Source: Blastocystis sp. subtype 4
Taxonomy: Eukaryota
NCBI RefSeq assembly: GCF_000743755.1
Contig: NW_014569433.1
Span: 1-54,338, forward strand
Length of the DNA: 54,338 nucleotides
Direction of reading: 5' to 3'
The position numbers and the translations under genes were made by a program. This document shows, in pieces, positions 26,617 through 36,984 of the stretch. Each line of letters opens with the position of its first letter. Position 1 is the first letter of the stretch. The notes below the pieces were generated by a model that made no database searches, was not told the DNA's origin, and worked only from the letters and a program-made list of their open reading frames with translations.

Positions 26617-27712
26617 TCATTTTCTCTTAAGATCGTGGATTATCTTTCTAATCTCATCCATCTCATTCTGTATCCGTTGATGTCTCCTTTTACGACGAAA
26701 CAAGAACACACCGATTCCTGTAACCAAGGAAGCAATAAAACAAGTGAATAGCTATTCCTGATTACTAAGAATCACACCCACTTTGATACTCCTCTCAAAA
26801 ACACGTTCATCTGAAAACTGACTGCATGTCTCGCAGACTGATTGAGCGTATTCTCCAAAACGATTTGTATACAATAGTAGAATGAAAGAGAGGAGAGTCA
26901 ACATCATTAAAGAGAGGAACACCATATTCGATTCCAGCCAACTGACTCTACGGTGATCATCAATTTGCTGTTCAGTAATCTCTGTATTCCAGATTAGCAA
27001 ATAAGTATCTCCATGCTGACAGCATAGCATCTTCTTCATACAATCTCCATCAAACTGATAGATAATGGTTGATGACTTGGATCCAATGACATGGAACAAA
27101 GAAGAGTATTTATCAATCAAGTTGGACTATTCGTTGAAATCATAGAATGACTGTTACACGAATCATAATTACCTGGTCTTCAAAATCCTCGTCAGAGTGA
27201 AGAATGGGATGAATCAACTACTGTCGGAAGGATTCACGAATCTTACATTTGTAATCTCGTTTTGCATATCCTTTGGCATCTTATGGGACATGATATGAAT
27301 CTTACACTCTTCAGGAATCGACACTTCTTCCTCCAGATACATTTTCTCTGGATTCCCTATGAAAACATCTGGTTTGAAACAAAAGATATCCGTCAGACTC
27401 TCCGTATCTTGAACAATGAAACAATACCCATGACTGTTTGTATTAAGGAAAATAAAAATATGAATAACAGTAAGATATGTATTTCATCGCATCGGCACTA
27501 TCGATAGCCGCAACAACACACCATCCCTCACCAAACTATGAATCATTCCCCAATCCATTTAGTTAATCTACCCGTTTCGATAAGAATTTGAAGAGAACGT
27601 CAACAATAGGAAGTGCTGATCTTGAACTTTCCACCTCCATCAAGAGTCCAACAATACAAGAGGAAAGATCATAGTCCCAGCTACTGAATATCACTTTGAA
27701 ACGTTTACTCAT
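26617..27712 (-). CDS. Protein with two dynein light chain (LC8)-like domains and two C-terminal TM helices
   Basis: LSKRFGEGWCVV...DIFCFK and IHIMSHKMPKDMQNEI...LIDKYSSLFHVI...YLLIW resemble LC8; hydrophobic helices then RRKRR; model needs the AT-AC intron 27436-27478. Confidence 0.55.
27436..27478 (-). other. U12-type AT-AC intron (43 nt)
   Basis: ATATCTTA...TTTTCCTTAAT ACAAAC; joins MKY|SHGY; the overlapping GT-AG alternative is out of frame. Confidence 0.82.
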
Positions 27713-27732
27713 ACTCACAATTTGTGTGTTCT

Positions 27733-28125
27733 ATGGAGCAACAAGTCCGAGATTGAATTGATTATGAGTTGATAGACCGAATTACAGAACCAGAATCGAC
27801 GACTGGACCGAATCGAGAAGGCGCTTGATAGTCTTCATCATGTTAGTAAGACGGTGGGAGACGAACTGGAAGAACAGATAACGTATCTCCTATTTGGTTT
27901 TGTTGACCTCTAGTCTGATTGAACGACTTGAAGAGGAAACAGATCGGGCCCAAGAGAGCACTCGGAAGTTGCACAAGAATATCAAAACAAAAGCACTCTC
28001 TCGGCAGCGAGCAGGTAGGGATGCAAACAACAGTTGATGGATCAGATAACAGGCTACTAAACATTGTCATTGTTCTTATTGTCGTTTTTATAGTGATTCT
28101 CATCTTGTATATCCTATCCAAGTGA
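27733..28125 (+). CDS. Small Qc-type SNARE (Bet1/Syx6/Syx8-like)
   Basis: Spliced QNRRLDRIEKALDSLHHVSKTVGDELEEQITLIERLEEETD with central Q and a C-terminal TM. Confidence 0.8.
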
Positions 28126-28349
28126 TTGTATTTGCAGTTGAATATACAGTTGCAATGGATGACAGTTCTTTTCTTTCTCCATCTGAGGTCATACCTATCA
28201 CTTTATGTATTCTTGGTTATCGTCTCGTGTTTGTTCTTCATATCAATCTGGATTAAATTCAACGCGTGTATCTCTTTCTGTGTTGTTTTTGGTTTTCTTA
28301 ACAGAACCGCGGTTTCTGAATCACAACAAAGAACTAGAAATCCGTACCA

Positions 28350-29357
28350 ATGCTGTCTCGAGTTGGAAGAACGTCATTTGTTCGCTCAAGAGTTCTTATC
28401 CGAGCGATTGGACTTGTTCCAACTTCTAATCGCTTGCTTCCTCCTTGCCGTTTCTTTTCAGTTGAGGCGGATACATCATCTACGAAACAAGATTCTGCAG
28501 TTCAAATGACGGACAATTCATTTACTCCTCAGGGAGCTGTCTTTTCGAATCCCGATATTTCGAGTGACTGGATTTATCGTGAAGAGAAAGACACAGGTCG
28601 ACAATACTATTTGAATACAAAAACAAATGAAATCCTATACAATCGGACACCCAACTCATTATTGGCTCCTCGGTGGCGAAGATTTCTAGCTGGAAGTATC
28701 GATGGTGCTATTTCTCTTGGTAGTTTTCTTTTTCTTTTGTGATGTGTAGCAGGTGGAGTTCTTGTATCTTATCTTGCGGCTTTTGAATTGGGTGACGTAA
28801 ACTTAGGATATGCTGTTGGCCGTATTTATGCAATGCTTTTCTTCTGTGCGAAGGATTGCGTTCTTGATCATGGAACACGTAGTATTGGAAAGAAGGTTAT
28901 GAAGCTTGAAGTTGTTAACAAGCATGGAGAACTCTCAGGACTCTATCGTAACTTCTTCCGCAATTCGTAGACTCTTACTGACTTAATAATATAGAATTGA
29001 ACTTTGTACTTCATTTACTCCATTCTTAGGAATGCCACTGTTTATGGGCAATGGTTTGCTTGTCCTTCTAGATGGTTTGTGTTTTCTCTGTTTCAAGAAA
29101 CGAATTTTCGATTTTGCTCTCGGTACACGTATTGTATCTGAGACAAACGATCATGTAATGGTAGTTATGGTGACATTTGTTGAGAATAGAGAGTAAAGTT
29201 ATACAAAGACAAGCTGTCATATAAGAGACAGAGTGAGACATTGGAAGAAGCAGGAATGTCGGGGTTGCAGCAGATGATCAATCAACAGAAGAAGTATGAT
29301 GATAACATGGCATTGTTAGAGGAAATGAAGAAGAAGGAAAAAGCTTCGCAAAAATGA
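28350..29357 (+). CDS. Mitochondrially targeted WW + RDD family membrane protein
   Basis: R/S-rich presequence; WIYREEKDTGRQYYLNTKT (WW-like); LAPRWRRFLAGSIDG, SIGKKVMKLEVV, RN, DFALGTRIV (RDD). Confidence 0.72.
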
Positions 29358-29414
29358 TCGTTTCTCTTTATTTGATCTGTTTACTATCACAATTCATTCT
29401 CTGGTGTGGTGAAG

Positions 29415-30240
29415 ATGCTTTCGGCAACTCGACTTGCTTCTGTTAGTTGCATTTCAGCCATCCAAACAACTACTTGTGGACATTTCTGTCTCATTCTGAT
29501 ATTTAGGTCTGACTCGAGCATTTGCTACTCAGAAGACCGAAAAACAGATACGCGCTGAAGAATACAACCGTCAGAGAAAGCAGTATCGAGATCAGGTAGC
29601 TTCAGGAAAAGGAGATCATAAATAGGTTAGCAAGCTTCGTAAACAGTATGCAGAGGAGAGTAAAGAGCTTCAAAGGCAGTTGGATGAGATTAGAGCGTTT
29701 GTCTTGGAGATTGGATGTAACCAGTAGAAAGAAAGTTCAGGCGAATCAAGAAAAGATGCGTCGTATTTCTGAGAAGAAGAAACTTGAACATAAGGATAAT
29801 GAGCGTTTTAACTATGAACACCTATGTAATGTCGAAATTTTGAAATCGTAATGCTTTGGAACATGCTTTTATTTAGAATTCGACAAACTAGAGGAGTTAT
29901 GAACCAGTTCCGTCTTCAGCGTGAGCGAAAGGAACATATCCATAAGATGTTGATGAACCACATGCCGTATGTTTACAATGCATACAAATTGGAAGAGGTG
30001 GAGACGGTGAGCGTTGTCAAAGAACATGATTTCTAGCGAGTCCTTGCTGAAATGCAGGAAATTGTTCCATTCGATCGAATCTTCTTAGCTCCTCCTTCTG
30101 GAATTGTGAAGGATTCTGATTTCTTATCGTACAAGGATTACGAAGTGATAAAAGGTATCTCAATCGATAAAGGTGTTGTAAGTAAGCACAATAAGGAACT
30201 CTATCAGGCATGGAAGGAGGAAAAGGAGAAGGTCGTTTGA
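29415..30240 (+). CDS. Mitochondrially targeted coiled-coil protein (possibly mitoribosomal mS26-like)
   Basis: MLSATRLAS...LTRAFAT presequence, then EEYNRQRKQYRDQVSKLRKQY charged helix; TGA followed by TGTTTGTT. Confidence 0.5.
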
Positions 30241-30335
30241 TGTGTTTGTTGATATCAATAAGTCTTCTCATTACAAACAAACAACGAAAGAATTGTTGTG
30301 TCAATCCGTGTAAGTTATGCAACCTACAGACATCC

Positions 30336-31182
30336 TTACAGACGGCCTCCAGCACCAGGGAGAGGAGCAACCTGTTCCTCCACCTTCACTCCTTCCTCCT
30401 CCTTTCTCACAACCTCACTGTGCTGTTCCATCAGCTTCGCCATATCCAACTTAGGAGCCTTCAGCATCTTCACCTTACGAATCATAGTGTTCTCCAGAGG
30501 GAAGATTCTCACACACTCCTTCTGAATACGAGCTCCAATTGTCTCGTTACACAGCTTAGGAACCAACTCAGCCAAAGAGCACTTTGTCACCTCCTCAGTG
30601 ATGATCTCTACCATCTTACCACGGATCTGGTGCACCTGAGAAGACTGAGCATAGCAAGTCTTCTTGTTCTGGTTCTCCTGCTTACGAGTGAAAGCAATAC
30701 AGAAGATACGCAGCTTGTAACCATCATTCGTAGACACTTCCACATTACACTCAATCAGAGTCTTCCACTTCTTGATCAGAGAACACAGCTTATCACGAGG
30801 TATCCATACCATAGAACAGAGTAATACACTTGTCTCCCTGAACATCCTCCACACGCAGTCTCATCTTACGGAAACCCTGCTCCTCATTCTTGTTCAGATC
30901 ACCAAGGTTCGCCTCGAAAACACGACCCTTCAAACCCTCAGAAGCAATCTTAAGACCCGAAGTACGAGACACCAGAGTCTTGCACACTTGACGCTCCTTG
31001 AACTGGTTAGGGGCACGAACATCGTACCACTCCTTCTTTGCCATTGTATCGATCACCTTCTTTCCCTTTCCCTTCTTGTTGATCTTCTTCTGAGTCTTGC
31101 CTACAAAATCGGTTACAAATCACTAGTTCACAACTTTTCTTTGATAAGAGTTGTCTACAAATCAATACCTACCAATAGCCAT
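30336..31182 (-). CDS. RPS3A: 40S ribosomal protein S3a (eS1); 2-nt frameshift near 30798 in this sequence
   Basis: MAIG|K...[52 protein letters not shown]...[10 protein letters not shown]; 72-nt first intron 31101-31172. Confidence 0.95.
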
Positions 31183-31406
31183 GGTTCACACAACAATACT
31201 TGATGAATACTGAATGAACGAGTTGTCCACAAAAATTGGGTACAGAATGCTGAAATAGATCCTATTTAAATTGGTCTGGAAACAGAAATAGGTGCATTTG
31301 TATTAATAAATTGAAACAGGGTAAATTGGAGACATCTTTAAGAAAAAAATGACAATCAGAATGCTAGGGCGCTTCTTCGTCGATTGTAACAAAAAAGGGA
31401 ATAGAA

Positions 31407-31650
31407 TCAATGATACAAAACTAGAATGTTCCTATAGATCTCTAGCTAGCGCATAAACTTATTCTTAAAGTCAGATCCGTCCTCTTCAAAAGTATGTTCC
31501 CACTTCTCCATATCTGTTACTGAAACTATGTTAGTAAGCAATTTAGTGTAATTCTCCTTCAGTATACTTGTTTCCTTTTGAAGTTCACCTACATTCAACA
31601 TCAACACAAATACTACGGAGACTAAGTAGCATTCGTGAATATTCAGACAT
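31407..31650 (-). CDS. Candidate small spliced ORF (about 45-65 aa), unknown function
   Basis: MSEYSRMLLSL|RELQKET...MEKWEHTFEEDGSDFKNK after a 28-nt GTAGTA...GTAG intron. Confidence 0.35.
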
Positions 31651-31751
31651 GATAAAACTCGAATCCCCTAAAACTTCCAAGAGAGGGAGAATAGATGAGT
31701 TGATTATTGGGATCCCCAACGATTCATTATCTTATTATTCTTTTGGTAATT

Positions 31752-33316
31752 ATGACAACAGAAGGTCGACCCTTATGGAAGAGGGGTAATTATAACATTT
31801 TAGAAGATGATAGAATAGTAATCCGCGGTTGTGTATATGTTGTGTTTATTGTGATGCTTTTTTTGATGTGGGCCAAGCCTGTGGAGATTGTGGATGATTT
31901 TACGGAAGCAGATGCGGAAGGTCATATCCTCCGTGTTAATGGGAAACCATTTGTGGAGTATTTAGCTGTTATACTTGTTCTAATTGCTGATGATTAGGAT
32001 AAAGGCGTTGATATTCGTGATATTGAGATTGCTGATAAGGACTTCTATTTGAATCAGTTGAAAGAGAAGGAAGTTGTGCAAGAAGAGATAGAGATGAATG
32101 TGGAACAAGAATCAGACTTGTTGGAACCCCAGACTGAACAATTGTCTGAATCGCAGCCTGTTATTGAAGAAGAACAAGCAGAGCAATGTGGCTTAACTCC
32201 TTCCTCATGTAAGGAACCCCATACTCATTCTCACAACCATCATCGCCGAGCTTCATCAGAGAAGTATCATGTGTCTCTCGAGTGTCATATAGAATTCAAG
32301 ATGAATACAAACATCCTTATCTAGCTATTGCCTTAACCACTGTAAGTGCAATGGCAGCCTCTGTAGGTGGAGCTTTTGTGGTATTCTTCTGGCCACCTTC
32401 TTCAACTCTGCTTGGTCTCATGTTAGCTTTCAGTGCAGGTATCATGCTTTACGTAGGGTTTCTAGAGATTGATGAGAGAAAGATCAGTTATATGGATATT
32501 ATGGTACATGCTCAGATGGACTTATCGATGGGTGAAGCGAATATTTGGGTAGAAATTGGGTTATGAATGGACTGTAGATGTTCATTGGGATGATCGGGTT
32601 TTTATTGATTACTTGGTTAATTCCTGATGGTGATAGTCATGAAACTGTTGAAGAGTCACATGAAACTACCCAGGAGGAAGAATCTTCAGATATCCAATCA
32701 GAACCTCTTACCAAGCGTGATCGTTCTCTAGAAATTGCAGGTCTTATAACCGCTCTTGGGATCTCGCTTCATAATTTCCCTGAAGGTCTAGTGGTCTACA
32801 ATGCTACTGTAGTAGGTGTGTGTGATCTTGCTGCTCCTTCTTCATTCTCCCTTTCGTATCTTGTTCAGTATTTGGTTCAGTGTACTGGACGAGGTCTTGT
32901 AGTTGCTCTTGCAATAGCCATTCATAACATCCCTGAAGGTATCGCTGTAGCTCTTCCATTGTATTACAGTACTCATAGTAAATGGGAAGCAATGAAATGG
33001 TGCTTGTTATCATCAATATGTGAACCGTTGGCTGCTATTGTGTTTGGAATAATCTTTTCTGAGTATCTGACAGAACGATTAATGGCCGTTATGAATGCTG
33101 TTGTGGCAGGAATCATGATTATTCTTTGTGTGTTTGAATTGATTCCAACAGCTTTAAAGTATACTTCGGGTAGAGTAGGAATTTATCAATGTGAATCATG
33201 AACAGAAAGTGGCAGTTGGGACGATCGTTGGTCAGTTTGTTATGTTCGTTTCACTTTATTTCCTTATTGAGGTACATGAATGGCAGGGATATAATAGAAT
33301 AGACAGGAGCCCATTA
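31752..33316 (+). CDS. ZIP/ZupT-type zinc transporter with long N-terminal extension
   Basis: AFSAGIMLY, ISLHNFPEG, IAIHNIPEG, EPLAA, AGIM...ELIP; His-rich HTHSHNHH; stop predicted from poly(A). Confidence 0.9.
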
Positions 33317-33320
33317 TATC

Positions 33321-33336
33321 TGTTTGTTTACAAACA
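33321..33336. terminator. Back-to-back poly(A) motifs TGTTTGTT/TACAAACA
   Basis: Inside the 24-bp gap between the convergent ZIP and F-box/TMEM genes. Confidence 0.8.
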
Positions 33337-33340
33337 CATA

Positions 33341-34905
33341 AATCATTATAGTAAAATGAAAAGACTCGATGATGAAAGTGAAAGGAATCGAGACATACAG
33401 ATGTGGTTATGACACAGGTGTAAATCTAGAGAACAATGACTCTCCATTCTCTACAGTAATGACAAAAAGAGGAATACACGAAAGAGAATATGACAGTTTC
33501 GAAAAGTATTCCTTACAACAAAACACAGATTCCATCAGAATCTTTGGAAAGACGATAAAAGAATAGAAACTAAGCAAATCAAGTGTCTATATGTCATTTA
33601 GCATCACAACACAATCACATCTTTAATACCTCGAATATTTCGTATGAATGATTGTTGAATAAACTCAACTAATGACGGTCCTAAAACGAAGATCGTCAAC
33701 ATCACTAATTGTAATGTACATACTTCACTTCTACAGTCCATAATCCACAATGGAAGAAAGACGAAAATAAGATTGAGTTTTGGGTAGAACTGAAGTCGTA
33801 ATACCAGCAGCACTGTGAATAGAGCTGTAGGGATCCCAAACAACAATAGTATGACATTGTAAACGAAATGAGCTCTAGATGAACAATCAGTCTCAGTTCC
33901 TTACGGACCACTCCAGTTCTGTACGGGAACCGAGCGGAAGATGACAACGAAAGATAGCCAAAGCGGGAGGAAGACAAAAATCCAGGACCATTTGATAACT
34001 CTGTCAACTCGAAGACCTAGAAACACGAAAAAGAGAAGAACTAGCAACATAATTGATATAATGTAGGCAAAGCTTCGTTTTCGTTCCTGGTATAGTTGCT
34101 CATATGTGAATTTAACAAATGTGTATCCCATATTCTCCCACTGGTGAGCTAGAATCCCTGTTTCAACATTGAATTGACTGGCTAGCCATGCAATGAAGTT
34201 AAGGATTACATCTGCTAAGAGTATAAGAAGCATCAAGAAAATTGGTATAAAGGCAAGGGTGAGACTCCGAATCTACATTGACAGCAGAATGATAACAATC
34301 ACGATATTCTGATAGTAACAGAAGAGAACAATCACTTGGAGGACACAAAGATAAGGGAGGCTCAGCCATGTCAACAAGATGTTCACAATTAAGTATAATA
34401 TTCTTAAGCGCTCTTGCGATTTCTACATTATACGCCATTTCATGAACTACTAGAAACTGATTCACCTTCTCCTTCTTCTCGATATCTTCCGAAAGTTGCT
34501 TTCCAAGAAACTTACGCTGATTCATCCTATGATAGAAACAAAATCCAACTCCATACACTTGAACATAGAGAGAGATCATTTTCTCATTACTATGGTCTAG
34601 AGTATTCCATACCCTGCTGCCTTCAATTGAATTCCACTTTCAATATGTTACTTGGATAAAAATCGCGTGATATCACTTCTTTCCACAAACTATCATCAAA
34701 GAGCTCATCTCTAATTTCAGGAAGTGCTTTAACAGTTGCATGGATTGAAGGGACTTGTTGTCAAGGAACTTCGTCCCCAAACTTCCATTCATCAGGATAT
34801 ATCCAAAAACAGCATTATTGACTGTTTTATGTGTGTATCCAACATTTCTAGAGGAAACACATCATGATGTCCAAGGAAAGGAATAGTAACACTGGGACTT
34901 TGCAT
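33341..34905 (-). CDS. F-box + TMEM185/TMEM60-like multipass membrane protein
   Basis: FPLEMLDTHIKQSIMLFLD|VPSI...DDSLWKEVISRDF (F-box); LRVDRVIKWSWIFVFLPLW and IFVFLPLWIMD repeats (TMEM185-like). Confidence 0.65.
34755..34800 (-). other. U12-type intron with non-canonical AT-AA ends (46 nt)
   Basis: ATATCCTG...TTCCTTGAC AACAA; the AA acceptor restores the F-box frame, while nearby AC and AG acceptors do not. Confidence 0.75.
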
Positions 34906-35014
34906 CAATGCTTTCGCAATGATCTGTGTCTAGAAGGTGACTTGAAAAGAAAGAGAAGATGTTTTTATTTCAGTCAAAAGTGATCAATTTTAACAAAGAG
35001 GAGAATAACAGCAA

Positions 35015-36642
35015 TTAAGAACGCAGTGAGATAAATGCGTATACAACAATAGCAACCACATAAGTCAAGATTAGAATGAGACCTTTTCCTCTACACATCA
35101 CCTCTCAATCTTTGGCTTACTGTCCAAGACGAGCCTTATCTTCTTTGAAGATGAGAGCAGGAACCAATGTAATTCCAATCAATAGCAATGATCCAACAGC
35201 AAGAAGGATGCCAGCTTTGGATACAGTGGAAGATCCAGGGATCCAAACTCCTTCTCCAGAGAGCATACCCTTAATAAGCCAAGGTAAGCCCAATCCTACA
35301 CAAATATTGAGGATCTGAGAGCCAATAGAATTACTAATAGCCATCGACCCATAACCTTTGCGAGACACAATATAGCATTGCATAATATCTGCAATGGCTG
35401 CTCCAAGACTGATAAGAACCATACCTACAAGAGTTCCTATAGCAGGAGAGTGGAATGAAGAGACTAAATGATAAGATGAACAAAGGATATGTAGCCCAAT
35501 CCCTTAATAAGCGCAACCCATCGCTGACAGACAGCACTCATCACATAAGTAGTAATAGCTAGCCAGAAGATAGAGAGGAGGAATGTCAATGGATAAAGAT
35601 TCTCAGAAGGTGTGTTGTGTGTTGATTTCACAATAACATGATTAAAGAACCATGAAACTACACGTTCCAGATAGTTCTTGTAAATGTTCCCAAGACAGCC
35701 AAAGAATTCTACTCCTTAGGTTGGTATATCATCAATACTCGAGATGGATGATTTGACTTTCGCTCCAACAGTGAGAGGAGTGTTCATATCAACTGGATTG
35801 AATGACTCTTCAAAAGCCACTTCCTGGTCAATAGGCTGAAGAGATGCAATAGGCTCATAAGTTCGTTCTTCATCTGAATCCAAACCCTCCTGTTTGATGA
35901 ATGACGTAGTGATATTGGGATCGATTAACTATGTGTGAGAATAAGAGTACTAGCTTACATGATTCTTGATACGATAACTACGACGTACCATAGGAGCAAA
36001 AACAAGCAACAAAACATAAGCAATATAGATTAACAAGAGATATATACCTTCTAAGGGATAGATGTACTCATCCATCAAGAAGAACACTAATCCACCCAAA
36101 CAGAAAACATAAAAGATAACATCTCGTGTAAGCGGTCGACGTTTCAGAATTAGGTCACTCTTGCTAGAAACACCACAAATACCAGGAATTAGCATGAGTC
36201 CAATCATTCCAGATCTAGAAATGAGGGGAAATAGGAGGATATACCCAATAATGGAGCCAACACCAATATCAACATTATCTCCTCCCTGAATTGTGGTAAT
36301 AATACTAATGACAATCTCAGGGGCGGAGGCACCAAAGGCCATAAACGAGGCACCAGCCACATCTTCTTTTAAGTTCAGTTTAACACACATAATTTCCAGG
36401 CTAGGAACAAGGAACTCATCGCAAATCTAGAAATCAATACCGATGTGTATTCATGCTGATCCCAGAAGGATAAACGAGAAGAAGAAAATAATTACTTCAA
36501 TTAATATTCCCCACCAGTACCCATCAATAGCATCCAAGCAGAGACCTTCAAAACCAGATTTACACCACTACACTCAAACAACGATTTCAATCCATACACT
36601 ACTCTCTTCTGATAACTTACTTAAGTACAACTCAGCGTCCAT
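35015..36642 (-). CDS. Na+/Ca2+(K+) exchanger (NCKX/SLC24-like)
   Basis: ICDEFLVPSLE, DVAGASFMAFGASAPE, GVGSIIGS, MAISNSIGSQILNI; GC-AG intron 36427-36456 and AT-AC intron 35450-35490. Confidence 0.9.
35450..35490 (-). other. U12-type AT-AC intron (41 nt) in the exchanger gene
   Basis: ATATCCTT...TCTCTTCAT TCCAC; joins LGY|SPAIGTLVGMVL in frame. Confidence 0.85.
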
Positions 36643-36984
36643 CAAAAATTATCGGATTACTATAAAAACCAAAACAATGAAAGGCGGAAGCACGTGGAAT
36701 GAAACTCCTTTGAGAAGAATAACGACAGAAAATAGTCTTTGAAATGATTGCATATTCTGATGTCTCGATTGGTTTTTATTACATTTGTAAGTTCCTTAGG
36801 AGAATCAAGGTTGTTCGCTAATGATACATGATTTTATAACCAATCTAGTTCATAGATGGAGGCTTGCTTAGGACCACTTCATTTCATGCTCATCATTGAT
36901 TGGATGCAAATTCGGAATTCCAATATTTCTTCTAATCTTCACAATTCCATTTTCCATAGTGCAAATTTTGAAACCCATTTTCTC

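Noticed and set aside
28150..28190. TGGATGA...CTGA as a C/D snoRNA
   Set aside because: Boxes too close together, no convincing rRNA complement; probably the SNARE 3' UTR.
28304..28315. AGAACCGCGG, also at ~53866, as a promoter motif
   Set aside because: Only two occurrences, at inconsistent orientation and distance.
30210..31203. Long + strand ORFs (204 and 143 aa) and similar antisense ORFs over BIG and RPL7A
   Set aside because: Shadow frames of codon-biased genes on the opposite strand.
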